Source of the DNA: an uncultured cyanobacterium
GTDB taxonomy: Bacteria > Cyanobacteriota > Cyanobacteriia > Leptolyngbyales > Leptolyngbyaceae
Length of the DNA: 64,000 nucleotides
Direction: 5' to 3'
Assembly (NCBI GenBank): GCA_963766075.1
Contig: CAVYAN010000072.1
Span: 64,001-128,000 of the forward strand
Shown: piece by piece, positions 11,128-22,712 of the stretch
How the letters are laid out: every line of letters starts with the position of its first letter
How positions within the stretch are numbered: position 1 is the stretch's first letter
Program-made: the position numbers and the translations under genes
The notes under the pieces: generated by a model
What the model was told of the DNA's origin: nothing
Seen by the model: the letters and a program-made list of their open reading frames with translations, nothing else
Database searches by the model: none

Positions 11128-11433
11128 ATGCAAATCCATCTAGGATTTGAGGCAGGTTTTATGAGTAGTCACGCGATCGGTCACCCGTTAGTTTGTAATC
11201 AACACTCGTTTTCAGAGGGTTGGAATGACGGCTGGGCAGGGCGAGATGCCGCCTTTCCCGAATGGGGCGACTATATGAGAGGCTGGCAGAAGGGCCACAC
11301 TGGACTTCTGCGATCGCAGATCAAAGAGCAGGAATTTCGGGTAGCCGACAATTTTCAGAATACCGCTAGCACTTCACTGCTGGGCAATTCGATTCACAGG
11401 CCAATTGTTCAAACTTCAACTACTACACCCTAA
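11128..11433 (+). CDS. Small hypothetical protein inserted between urtD and urtE (alternative start 11161)
   Basis: 90-101 aa ORF fills the gap co-directionally; GAGG upstream of ATG 11161; G/W-rich motif. Confidence 0.55.
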   Translation: MQIHLGFEAGFMSSHAIGHPLVCNQHSFSEGWNDGWAGRDAAFPEWGDYMRGWQKGHTGLLRSQIKEQEFRVADNFQNTASTSLLGNSIHRPIVQTSTTTP

Positions 11434-11454
11434 CTAAAACAGCGGATTTACACC

Positions 11455-12213
11455 ATGAGTGTCGCGAATGGGGCGATCGCCCACCAACCTTTGGCTACGG
11501 ATGTTCTGCCCATGCTGGAAATTTTGGGGCTGAATGTTTATTACGGTGAAAGTCATATTCTGCGGGATGTGGACTTAAGTGTGGCCCCAGGGAAAATGGT
11601 GTGCTTGATTGGGCGCAATGGGGTGGGCAAAACCACCTTGCTCAAAAGCTTGATGGGCTTACTCAGTCCGCGCAGTGGTGAGATCCGCCTTCAGGGTGAG
11701 GTCATTACGCGGCGATCGCCGGATCAGCGGGCGCGTTCTGGCATTGGCTATGTGCCCCAAGGTCGCGAAGTGATTCCCCGGCTGACCGTGAAGGAAAATC
11801 TGCTGCTGGGCTGGGAAGCTCTGGGCAAAAACCGCCCCAAGGGCCAAGAGATTCCAGAGGAAATTTTTGATCTGTTCCCGGTGCTGAAAACTATGCTGTG
11901 GCGCATGGGCGGGGACTTGAGCGGTGGGCAACAGCAGCAGTTGGCGATCGCTCGCGCGATGATGGGCCGCCCGCGCTTGCTCGTACTGGATGAGCCGACG
12001 GAAGGCATTCAACCCTCGATCATTCTTGAAATTGAAGCAGCGGTGCAGCGGATCGCCCGCGAGACAGGAATTTCGGTATTGCTGGTAGAACAGCATTTGC
12101 ACTTTGTCCGCAAAGCTGATTGGTACTACGCCATGCAAAAAGGCGGCATTGTGGCCTCTGGACCGACCCGCGAACTCAGCAATGAAGTGATTCAGCGGTT
12201 TTTGGCGGTTTAG
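11455..12213 (+). CDS. urtE: Urea ABC transporter ATP-binding protein
   Basis: GRNGVGKT, LSGGQQQQLAIAR, DEPTEGIQP. Confidence 0.93.
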   Translation: MSVANGAIAHQPLATDVLPMLEILGLNVYYGESHILRDVDLSVAPGKMVCLIGRNGVGKTTLLKSLMGLLSPRSGEIRLQGEVITRRSPDQRARSGIGYVPQGREVIPRLTVKENLLLGWEALGKNRPKGQEIPEEIFDLFPVLKTMLWRMGGDLSGGQQQQLAIARAMMGRPRLLVLDEPTEGIQPSIILEIEAAVQRIARETGISVLLVEQHLHFVRKADWYYAMQKGGIVASGPTRELSNEVIQRFLAV

Positions 12214-12295
12214 GAATCCGTATGCCGCGATCGCCATCCCCAAACGCCACCGACAAATATATCCCTTGCCTCAACAACGCTAACTCAGAAAACAC

Positions 12296-12335
12296 AAAAA
12301 ACGCTGTACCGCATCAGTCGCGGTACAGCATTTTT
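12296..12335. terminator. Bidirectional intrinsic terminator between convergent genes
   Basis: A-run, gctgtaccgc-N7-gcggtacagc, T-run. Confidence 0.7.
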
Positions 12336-12375
12336 CTATGCTCAATTTTTCTATGCCCAAGCATGGGCCACCCGA

Positions 12376-12416
12376 TCCCATCCACCCGATAGCGCTAACG
12401 TATCGGGTGGATGGGA
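12376..12416. terminator. 16-bp stem-loop downstream of the phosphatase gene
   Basis: tcccatccacccgata-N9-tatcgggtggatggga. Confidence 0.6.
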
Positions 12417-12429
12417 GGTTGTGCGTTCA

Positions 12430-15400
12430 TTAGGCAGTGACAAACTGGCTGCTAGTAATCGTATTGGCAGACACGGCCTTAATCGTTGCTAGCAGATCGG
12501 TACCCGCACTAATCGTAGTATCCAAACCGCTTTGAGCAATGGTAAGACCGCTGAAGGTCAAACCCGTGCCTAACCGGAAGCGATCGCCCGCCCCAAACCC
12601 GGTGCTAATGGTGACAAAACCAGTGCCGGAATTGAGTCCGAAAATGTCGCTCCCATTACCCGCAAACACCGTATCAATTCCCGTTCCGGTATTAATCACA
12701 TTGCTGCCTCCACCCGTGTAGATAGTGTCATCGCCAGCACCACTATTGATGATGTCATTTCCACTACCCGCAACGATCAAATCACTACCCGCTCCTGTGG
12801 TAACGGTGTTGTTCCCTTCTCCGGCATAGATTTGGTTGTTACCGTTGCCTAGAGCGATCTCATCATTGCCGTTGCCAGTCAATACCAGATTGTTGCCGTT
12901 GCCCGCCAAGATTCGATTATTGCCGTCACCCGCATAGAAGGTATTGTTACCGCCAGCACCATCCATGAGGTTGTTCCCATTGCCCGCAAACAATGTATCG
13001 TTGCCATCACCAGCCCGCAAGGTGTTATTGCCTTCCCCCGCAAAGAAGCGATCATCGCCACCCAAACCCAAGATGGTGTCATCGCCATTGTCGCCAAACA
13101 GAGTATCACTACTCGCGGTACCGCGATTGCCCGTGAGTTTGGCATTCACTTCAAACTGGCTAAGGATGCGGGGGGTGCGGCTGGTAATGGCTGCCGGATT
13201 CGCCAACAGTTCCGCTTCCGTGTAGGCATCAATCCCGTAGGTGGTAACGGTGAGTTTTGAGTGGCTTGATCGATATCAAACTCAGACCAACTGTAGCTAT
13301 GTCCAACAAAGTAGTCACCCTGCAACAGCTTGGCATCAATCAGGCCATTCGCCTGGGGCAAATTATCATCTAACCCCAGTGGATCAAAGCCCAGGGGCTT
13401 CAGTAAGGTGTTATTCACCGCCTGCTTGACGAAATCATCTTTATCGTTGGCGATGTTGTCTGTATCGGGGGCGATCCGCAGGGAATCGTAGAGCGCCTTT
13501 AACTGCGGATTGGTAGCCGTGAACAAATTCGCCAGGAATGCTCCGGTCGGCTGTTCGTAGGCCACTGCCCCAGTGGTGATTTCAAAGACGCTGGTGGCAA
13601 TTTGTGGCCCAAAGGGCACTTCCTGATACGTCAGATTGTTGACAAAGGTGGTGTGCACATCTGCGGCTACAAAGACCACATTGGTGAGTTTGTTGTCGTT
13701 GATGAACTTCAACAGTTCCGTACGCTCCGCATTGTAGCCCTCAAAGGCATCGGTGTTGATGCCGGGGAAGATGTTTTGGATAGGCTCGGGCACCATCACA
13801 AATTTCCAACTGATGCCATTCCGTTCGGCTGTCAGCAGGTCCTGCTTCAGATCTTCAAGCTGAATTTTGCCCAGCAGGGTACGACCGGGGGCAAAAGTTT
13901 GCACCAAAACGTTCCCAACTTGCTGTGGATTGGTGAAATCCGTTGGGCCTGGAATTTCTGCATCCCGGAAGGAGCGGGTATCCAGAATAAACGTGGCCGC
14001 GTCATTGCCATAGGTGTTGTAGCGGTAGATTTTGCGCTCACCCGCGGTGCGCGGATCGCCGGTATTCCCGTAGAAGTCATTCCGAATCGGATTGTATTCC
14101 TGAAAGGCTTGGAGACCATTCTCAAACAACGCCGTGTCATTAATTAAACGACCGGGGGTGCTGTCCTTAAAGCGCGGGTCAGAGGCCGCTAACTCACCAC
14201 CCGCAAAGTCATTGGTGACTTCATGGTCATCAAAGGTAACCAAAACAGAGGTTGAAGCCCGCAAGTCCGCCCACGTGTTTTGACCAAAGCGATCGCTATA
14301 GACTTCAATGTGCTTCGCCCGATATTCATCCAAGGTTTCTGCTTGGGCCTTCGGCAACCCAGTGGCAGGATCCAGCAGGCCGGGAGAGGCATCATCGGCA
14401 TAAATGGTATCGCCGTGCTCCACAAAGAACTTAAGGTTGCGATCGTCCGCATTGGAGATGGCTGGATAGGGAGCCAGTTCACCGCGCCAGTCACCGGAAA
14501 CACCGAACCGTAAACCCGTTTGGGTCCCGATCGCCGCTGCCGTGCTAAATTTCCCAACTTCGCTATCCTGGGCCGCATCCGTCACCCGATAGAAATATTG
14601 CGTATTGGGTTGCAAGCCATTGACTTCCACCTTTACGGGTTGCAGCGGATTGGTGACAGTGGCGGTGGCGGTCCCAGCAATCGTCTTGAAGCTGGCATCG
14701 GTGGAGTATTCAAACGTCACCCCTCCCGTAAAGTTGCTGCGAGCCCACAGGACCGTCGAAGTTTGGGTAGTATCGCCACTGGCAATGCCGTTCAGTAAGG
14801 ATTGAGCTTGGGGCGTGCGGGGATTGTAGCTGCGGGTATCAATATTCAACGGATTTGGAAACGCGTTGGCAATGTTTTCCCAGGGCACAAACTTAAAGTT
14901 GGTATTGATGTTTTCACCCTCCAGAATCTGGGCAGGCAGGTTGCTGCCATCTTGGGTGACAAACAAGCCAAAGGGAAAGTTCGGGCCGAGAGGCAGGTTA
15001 ATCACATCGGCCCCATCGGATTCCTGGACACCGTCAATGCTGCCGTTAGGACCCACCGCAAACTGTCCCAAGTAAGCGTTGTTGCCTTCGCGACTGTAGA
15101 CCGCAAAGGTGTTGTCGCCCTGACTGGAAGCCAACAGGTAGCCTGTGCCGTTGGGTCCATAGTAGATCGTCAATCCTTCCACATCATCGGTCAGGCGGTT
15201 GCCCCCCAGGGTACGCACGCGGTCAATCAGCGTCCCAGTACTACCGCCATTGGGTTCCGCGAAATACTTCCAGATGCCCACATTTTCTTGCCCAATGTAA
15301 AGGAAGCCCGTTTCCTGATCCACGACCATGCCCTCAAGCTGGGGATCGGTGGTAGTCGGTGCGTTGGGGGGAATAGGCACCGTAAAGGCGCGTACTCGCT

Positions 15401-18385
15401 CGGCCCCAATCGTGCCGTTCCCCGCGTCCATTAAGCGGTACTGTGCCACATCCCCGGTTTGCCGCCGGTTGACAAAGGCATAGTAGTCGCCCGTGACGGG
15501 ACTGCGGTATAGGGCAGTGCCGTAGGCGCTGCGGGTTGACGTGGAATAGGGTGGGTTGAAGGGGGCCGCCTGGAACAGGGTGCCCAGGCTGGGGCTGGTG
15601 ATGTCCACTAGGTACTTGCCATCGGTGGCATTGGGATTGATCTTGAAGATCACCAGTTTGTCGTTGTTGCGATCGCTCGCAACGGCAATGTCAATGGCCT
15701 GCCCACCTAACTTAAACCCGTACTGCAAGTCCACATTGTTGTAGCGAACGCTGACGGGGTTGACCGTCTGCAAGCCGGGATTGATGGTCTGCAACAACTC
15801 GCCCGCCAGGTTATAGACCTGCAGACCGCCATTCTTGATCGCCGTGACCACCAAACTGTTAGCCGGGTTAGTCGCATTGACGTAAATCGCCGGATCATCA
15901 GAATCGGCCCGTTGGCTAAAGGGCAAGGTGGAATCATCCAGGTTGGCCTTGTTGGTTTCCAGCGCCGGAGCGATCGTGGGTATAAATCAGCGCCCAAGGC
16001 CAAAATTTGGGTAAACTGGGTGGCGCTAAAGTTGTTGTCACTCACCAGCACAATCGATTGACGACCATCCGCTAGTTTGGGGCCAAATTCGATGCCTTCA
16101 ACGTTATCTAAACCAGTGCTCAGTTTGAGATCATCCAAGTTCAGCACAAGGCGCTTTTGCACCGGTTGGATAGCAGCACGTTCAGCCGAGGTCAGGCGAG
16201 TGAGCGAGTCGTACGCGCTAATGTCAGTCGCCCCTTGCAGGCTGATTTCGTAAATCCGAATTGTGTTACCTTTGCCAACGGCAAACGATCGCTCCAAGGC
16301 TAAAAATGTGCCTCGGTTATCCAGCGCCAACAGATCGACTAGGCCGTTATCGGCAGACCCCGTGACCGGATCCGGCGCTTTGGCGATCGCTGCCACAGGG
16401 TAGAGATATTCTTTCTCAGGCTGCCCAGTCACCAAGTTGTATTGGATGATTCGCGCTGCGCTACCACTGGTGAGCGTCGAAATCGGTCCATCCTGGAACA
16501 AGGCACTTTCTGTTGCCGAATACAGGGTCTTTTGGTCGGGCGTAATCGTTAAGCTCTCGAAGGCTAAGTTATTGCGGACTCCAGCCATTTGCAAGTCGCC
16601 AGAATCTACCACACCATTCCCATTTGTGTCTTGAACCTTGGGCAAAAACTTAGTGGGCAAGGCCAGAGTGCGAATTTCCTGGCCCGTGGTTAGATTGAAT
16701 TCTTTAATGAACGGATTGGTGACGCGGGTCGCGCCCAAATCGGGGCGAACTTCCCCTTCCGAAGACACAAAGACAGTCCCATTCTGGGTTAATGCAATGT
16801 CTTCGGGATCCAGGCTAAAGCGAGGAAAGGTATTGCCATTGGTATCCTTCAACGTCGTCACGCCCGTGAAGGTCGCACCATTAGTCCCCAAGGTCGCTGG
16901 GTTTGCCGTGAAGGTATAGAAGCGGGCAGGGGCAATATCGGAGCGATCGTCGGAAATCGCATAGTATTGGTTCTTCACAGCATCATAGGTAACGCCCGAC
17001 AGGCCCCCCAGGGGAGTAGGTGCACCATTGACACTGCCAGCAGTTCCCGCAGGAATAGTGCCCGTGGGAATTACAGTCTGTCCCAAAAAGCCGGGGGTGC
17101 CGACAACCGTTTTGCCTGCTTCAGTTGCACCAACCTGGATATCCGCATAGACCAAACGGTGATCGGAGCTGGGATAGCCGTTCAAGAACGTTGGCGCAAA
17201 GGTCCCCACAGGCGTAAACGTGGGATCGGTATTCAATGGCCAAAACACGCGGGAATTGGTAATTGTCAGGTCCGTGGAGGGCAGCACATAATCTGCCCGC
17301 AGGTTACCCGGCGTGGTATCGGCAAAGTCAGCGGTATCAAACGCTGGGTTGCCCGTCTGGGTGGCATTAGCTCCTCCCTGCAAAGCATTTTGCTGCGGCC
17401 CGCCAAGGCTGGTTGGAATAAAATTGGTGTTGATGTTGGGACTTTGCAGGAGTTGCAGCACGGCCCGATTGTAGCTGTCACCATCGTAGGGATCGGCATT
17501 TTGATCGCCCATGATCACAAAGCTGGCCCCCGCCGCTAAACCGCCCAGGTTGCCTTTGTCGTCGTAAATGTAGCTGCCTTGGCCGGGGGCAACGTAGTCT
17601 GCCCAAAAGCGAATTTCATCGGCGTTGCGCTTGCCGTTGCGATCTTCCGTTCCATCAAAGACGGGCGGCGTGGGATGGCTCACCAGCGCATGTACCGTCT
17701 GGCCATTGATTTGAATCGGCACATCCCAATGGCTCTTGGAGGAGAGGCGCAAAATCGCCTGCTCTTCTGTAGAGTAAAAGCCACCGAGGTTTTCATTCAC
17801 GGGGGTCGCGGGGTTATCCAACGTAGGGTCATTGGTTAGCAAATTTCCCGGCATATCCTTCCACAGAAAATTCTGGAAGGTCCGGATATTGGCCACGTCA
17901 ATCGGATACTTTGACAGCAGCACCAGGCCAAACTGTCCGGGGAAATTGCCAAACCCAAAGGCATCGTCGCCATAGCCCGCTGCCCCAATGCCATCCGTCA
18001 CCGTGGTGACCGTCGCCCCGTTGTTGTTGAGGTCAAAACCCGTGGGAATCCCAGTATTTGAGGGGGCGATGTAGAAGTAGGGATAGCTAACCGGAGCCGC
18101 ACCATTTTGGGCGATCGCCAAAAAGTTCTGCTGAAACAGACGAACAGCCTCGGCAGGATTGGCGGCAAAAAAGTCAAACTCGTTAATCAGCAGGACATCG
18201 GGGTTGGCCCGTTGAATGATTTCGGCCACATTTCTGACCTGTTGCACCCGCACGGCCTGCGAAATAGTCGTGCCCCGGCTGTCGGGAATGGCGGGATTAG
18301 AGAAATCATTGATGATTTGCCCCACCGCATTGCGGTTAAGGGAGGCATTAAATTGAGAGAACCGAACGGTAGTGGTAGTAACCAT
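12430..18385 (-). CDS. Giant secreted multidomain phosphatase: EEP domain, phytase-like esterase, beta-propeller phytase, PhoD alkaline phosphatase, RTX Ca-binding repeats (~1985 aa; two apparent frameshifts near 15983 and 13256)
   Basis: Three overlapping track ORFs join into one frame with one base restored at each junction; motifs SSKSHWDV, SSDHRLV, ISDDRS, DNVEG, DDPAIY, SSQGDN, GIASGD, FDDHEVTND, GGxGxD repeats. Confidence 0.85.
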
Positions 18386-18425
18386 GGGGGCTTTTAGGTG
18401 AGATTAGTTTGAAAATCCCACGCCA

Positions 18426-18455
18426 ACTTTAAGGGCTGTCTAACGTGCTCTTAAG
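18426..18455 (-). promoter_or_regulatory. Possible Pho (SphR) box upstream of the phosphatase gene
   Basis: Minus strand CTTAAGAG-cac-GTTAGACA-gcc-CTTAAAGT, three 11-nt-period units loosely matching PyTTAAPyPy(T/A). Confidence 0.35.
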
Positions 18456-18783
18456 CTCCAAAAACGCTCCGGAAACCTCATCATTTCTTAATCCATATGA
18501 AGCAGAGATGAATTATTTATTTACTAGACAATACAAACAATAACATTTAATTATTTTTGTTAAATATATTTAAATCAACTGTGTTTTTCTCCGCACAATG
18601 GTCCGTTTTGGCGGAGGTAGGCCCCCCTAGCCCTTCTCCCAATAAACTTTTTGCGAGAAATTGCTGAAGAAAGGGGTGTCGATGATGAAGGTGGGTTAAA
18701 GAACAAGCAAGCCATCCTGAGCAACCCCGCAGATTCCCGTAAGAACGAACAGAGCAAGTTATGCTGCAAATCAGGAGGGCAAT

Positions 18784-19227
18784 TTGACAACGGTAACTTT
18801 GCAAAGACGGTGTGACCGAAATCGCAAGCGATCGCAGCGGCGGGCCATAAATTGCCCGATTCATGGCTGTTCTCTACACAGCGTGAGCCAGAAGCATCGA
18901 TTATTCCTGGATCAGGCCATGCAATTGCAGCAACGGGGTGTCAGTCGCCGCAATGCCCTCATGCTGATTGCCACCCAAACCACCGTAGCCTTAAACGATG
19001 AGTGGCTCGAAGCGTTTTGGTGCGAGCAATGCCAATCGACCGAATGGTTTCATGTCCACAAAGTGGGGGCACGTGATTATCAACTCTCTCTCGCGCCATC
19101 CCCGCTATGGCAACAGGTCATGGGAGTGGTGGACCCCCGTGGCAACCCGTCAGTCGGTGAGTTTACTCGCAGACAGTCGCGCATGGTGGGGTATGGCGGC
19201 GTGAAAGACTTTAGGTTTGTCAGATGA
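18784..19227 (+). CDS. Conserved-type cyanobacterial hypothetical protein with CxxH and CxxC (possible Zn-binding)
   Basis: CPIH...EWLEAFWCEQC...GNPSVGEFTRR; start codon uncertain. Confidence 0.7.
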   Translation: MTTVTLQRRCDRNRKRSQRRAINCPIHGCSLHSVSQKHRLFLDQAMQLQQRGVSRRNALMLIATQTTVALNDEWLEAFWCEQCQSTEWFHVHKVGARDYQLSLAPSPLWQQVMGVVDPRGNPSVGEFTRRQSRMVGYGGVKDFRFVR

Positions 19228-19320
19228 GTCAGGAACTTCTTCGAGGTTTCTCAGTCAGCTTTGCAGGGGTGCGTTCAATGAGTTGCTCAATCAACATCAT
19301 CAATGGATTAATCCCTAACC

Positions 19321-20754
19321 ATGGTACCTCTAACGTTACAGGCTACGTATCCGCGCGATGTGCGATCGCCCGCCTTTGGCCAACTGGGCAAAGCGGTTTC
19401 CATGAAAGGAATGCGGGTGATTGCTTTGCTAGCACTGGACATTTTCTCGCTGTGTCTAGCAGAACTCATTTCAGGACTGTTGGGAACACCTTGGTCAACA
19501 TCTTGGTCGATGCCGAGTCATCTCCTAGCCGTGTTGTTTCCCATGCTCAGCATTCAAGTCACGCTGCTGATCGCCGGTAGTTTTTATAAGCCTGGAGAAG
19601 CATGGCGAGACTATACCGGCGTGGCGAAGTCTCTGACCCTCGGCGCAATTTTACTGCTGTTGTTTCTCTATTTTGATCATCCCAGTCAACTGATTTCGCG
19701 ATCGCAGTTCCTTTGGTTTTGGATCTTGAGTATTGCCTTGGTCCTGACCGGACGCTTCTGCATCAACTGTGGGATCAACCAATTACGCCAACGGGGATAC
19801 GCCCGCTACGCTGTCTTCTTGATTGCCGACGCGGAGCACCGGGAGCGATCGGTGGATATCATTCAATGCCGGAATCAGTATCACTTGGCAGGCACCAGTG
19901 GCGCAGCGGCACTCGACGCCGATCAGCAGGAAACCACCCTAGAACACCTGCGGCAACTGGGAGTGGCGGAGGTCTTTGTGTCCTGGAGCGCGATTCAAGA
20001 TCGCCTGTATTTGTGCTGGCAGTTTCAGGCTGCCGGGATCCAACTTCATGTGATTCCCGACAATCTCGATACGCTGTTGCAAAGCTCAACTTCGTGGGCC
20101 TTAAGCACACCACCCACGCTAAGTTTTACGCCGCAATTGATTACCAACAGTGATTTTTGGATTAAGCGCATCTTGGACTTCTGTGGGGCGCTGTTGATAT
20201 TGACGATTTTCTCACCCCTGTATGGGCTGATTGCGTTATTGGTTAAGTTAGATTCTCCAGGGGCCGTGTTTTATCGCCAAACGCGCATTGGCCTGCATGG
20301 CCAACCTTTCCAAGTCTGGAAGTTTCGCACCATGGTCACCAATGCCGATCAACTGCAAGCGAACCTAGAAGCCCAAAACGAATCCAAAGATGGCATCTTA
20401 TTCAAATTAAAGTCTGATCCACGAATTACGCGGGTGGGGAAGTGGCTGCGGCAATATAGCCTGGATGAATTGCCCCAGATCGTGAATGTACTGCTAGGCG
20501 AAATGAGTTTCGTCGGGCCTCGGCCCTTGCCGGTGCGCGATGTTGAGAAGTTTTCCCAGCACCATTTTGTCCGACATCAAGTATTGCCAGGAATTACTGG
20601 ACTTTGGCAGGTTTCCGGGCGATCAGATATTATTAACTTTGAGGATGTGATTCAGTTGGATTTGACTTATATCCAAAATTGGTCACTGTGGTTAGATTTA
20701 CGCATCTGCCTGCAAACAGTTAAGGTCGTATTACAGAAGACCGGGGCCTACTAG
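19321..20754 (+). CDS. Priming sugar transferase (WcaJ/CpsE-type polyprenyl glycosylphosphotransferase)
   Basis: N-terminal TM helices; KFRTM, DPRITRVG, SLDELPQ, GEMSFVGPRP, PGITGLWQV. Confidence 0.92.
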   Translation: MVPLTLQATYPRDVRSPAFGQLGKAVSMKGMRVIALLALDIFSLCLAELISGLLGTPWSTSWSMPSHLLAVLFPMLSIQVTLLIAGSFYKPGEAWRDYTGVAKSLTLGAILLLLFLYFDHPSQLISRSQFLWFWILSIALVLTGRFCINCGINQLRQRGYARYAVFLIADAEHRERSVDIIQCRNQYHLAGTSGAAALDADQQETTLEHLRQLGVAEVFVSWSAIQDRLYLCWQFQAAGIQLHVIPDNLDTLLQSSTSWALSTPPTLSFTPQLITNSDFWIKRILDFCGALLILTIFSPLYGLIALLVKLDSPGAVFYRQTRIGLHGQPFQVWKFRTMVTNADQLQANLEAQNESKDGILFKLKSDPRITRVGKWLRQYSLDELPQIVNVLLGEMSFVGPRPLPVRDVEKFSQHHFVRHQVLPGITGLWQVSGRSDIINFEDVIQLDLTYIQNWSLWLDLRICLQTVKVVLQKTGAY

Positions 20755-21100
20755 ATGTCTAAAGAGCATGTCTAAAGAGCCCGCATCTACCGGATCGGGG
20801 CTGGGGGATGGCCCCTTGCCGCTCCTGCCCAATACCACTACGCGCATAGGGTTCCCCTCGTCCCGTCTCTGCCAAAAGACATTCCCACAGCACGCGCCCA
20901 AAGCATTCTCTGAGTTCATCCCTGGATTGAGTTCATTTCTGCATTAAGTGTATTCCTGGATTGGGTTTATTCCTAGATTGATTGGCCATCGGCATCGCCC
21001 GTCGCCATCGCTGGAAGCACGCAATCTACAGGCTTGTCAGCCCATCGGAAATCAACTCAATCTATCGCCTAGTCCACATTATCGCCATTCAGCCAATATC

Positions 21101-22666
21101 ATGACAGATTCAACTGATTGCACTCCAAGGCTTCCCAGTGACGCGATGATGACCGCGCCCACCGAGACCAGTCCTGCGCCTGAGCAGCTTGCCGTCCCGC
21201 TCAATCTTGAGGGCACACCCGACTCTCGGGCGATCGCCCAGGATTTTCTGGAACACTATGAATCCTTTGTCGATGGGGCTCATGATCATTGGCTGTCTTG
21301 GCAAACACCGCCCTTCTACGTGGAGGATACCCCGGTCACCGAATCGCGGGTCTGGGCTAAGGCGGGCGTAGCGGGCATGGTGGGGCTAGCTGCCATGACT
21401 GCCGCCAGTGTGCTGCTGCCACAGGATACCGTGTCCGCGATCGCCCAAGTGCCCCAAAAGCTCCCCTCGCCTGCGGTCGCACCGAATTCTGCGACCTCCT
21501 CACCCCAAGTGGCACTGCCCGCCCTACCGAGCATAACGGCGATCGCCCCCGCCGAAGTCCTGCCGCAGGTTTCGTCTTTCACCGCCACAGCCGCAGACCC
21601 CGCCCCAACATTGACCATTCCGGCAGTAAGCAGTCCAGCAATTCGCTCCCCCTGGCCCGCTGGACAAGTTATTGGGCAGCAACCGTCTGGTGTGGCACAG
21701 GCGGGCCTGCCCCAGGCTCAATTCGCCTTAACAAAATTACCGCAGCTCGCATTACCCAAAATCAACTTACCTCAGATTCAATCGTCACAAATTCAGTCGT
21801 CACAGATTGAGTCAACAAAGATTGAGTCAACAAAGATTGAATCAACAAAGATTAAATCAACAAAGATTGAATCGTCACAGGCCAATCTATCGTCGGTACA
21901 ATTACCACAGCCTGAATCGTTCCAGAGAAAATCATCCCTAGGCGAATCATCCACAACAGCATCACCACAGCCGGCATTATTACGGGAGATAGGTGCCCCC
22001 TTGACCATTGGCACTCCCCAAGCCATGCCATCGACAGAATGGTCACCAGGAAGCGGCCTCAATGCCATCCAAAGTCCTTCGTCGGCAGAGCCTGAGCCCA
22101 CCACCACCTTCCACCCCCCAGCAGAGCCGAGTACTGAAAAACAGCCAACGCTGGCTGCACCGGGGGCCTCCGGGGTGTTGCCACAGCCCAGCACACCCGT
22201 TGTTCCTGAGTTCACCGAAACCCACCTAAATCAAACGGGGAATCCGTCTTTGGCCGCAATCAAACTGCCGGGAGTGTTCTCAATCAATCCATCGCCACAG
22301 GTCCATCAGGCGATCGCCACGGCCCAGACGTTGCAAGACTTCCTGAAACTATCCCAGAAAATCCCCGAAAACGCCCAGGCGGTGCTATCGCTGACGCCCC
22401 AAGCAGCGCTAGCTGTACCCAATGCGCCGATGGTAGCGAATCTACCTGCCACCGGTGAGCAGAGCGGCCCCCAGGATCAGACAGGATCCCAGAATCAGAC
22501 CCCAGCCACTGAGCACTCTCTACCGTCATTCCAGGTCTTTCGATTGCCAGCCACCTTATATCAAAAAGCCTGGATCGCGCTAACGCAGACCAATGGCCAA
22601 GCCGCTGTACCCACGCATGGCTTCATCGACTATCAAGAACGAGCCATTGTTTTGCCCTCTCTCTAA
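21101..22666 (+). CDS. Pro/Ser/Ala-rich hypothetical membrane-anchored protein
   Basis: Long ORF in the EPS locus with one hydrophobic segment and a low-complexity body; start uncertain (track 20948). Confidence 0.65.
   Translation: MTDSTDCTPRLPSDAMMTAPTETSPAPEQLAVPLNLEGTPDSRAIAQDFLEHYESFVDGAHDHWLSWQTPPFYVEDTPVTESRVWAKAGVAGMVGLAAMTAASVLLPQDTVSAIAQVPQKLPSPAVAPNSATSSPQVALPALPSITAIAPAEVLPQVSSFTATAADPAPTLTIPAVSSPAIRSPWPAGQVIGQQPSGVAQAGLPQAQFALTKLPQLALPKINLPQIQSSQIQSSQIESTKIESTKIESTKIKSTKIESSQANLSSVQLPQPESFQRKSSLGESSTTASPQPALLREIGAPLTIGTPQAMPSTEWSPGSGLNAIQSPSSAEPEPTTTFHPPAEPSTEKQPTLAAPGASGVLPQPSTPVVPEFTETHLNQTGNPSLAAIKLPGVFSINPSPQVHQAIATAQTLQDFLKLSQKIPENAQAVLSLTPQAALAVPNAPMVANLPATGEQSGPQDQTGSQNQTPATEHSLPSFQVFRLPATLYQKAWIALTQTNGQAAVPTHGFIDYQERAIVLPSL
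21776..21880 (+). repeat. Seven 15-bp coding tandem repeats (IQSSQ/IESTK)
   Basis: attgagtcaacaaag-like units x7. Confidence 0.9.
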
Positions 22667-22712
22667 ATCACCCTGAATCCTACCATCACATCTCACCACC
22701 CGGACTACGCCC

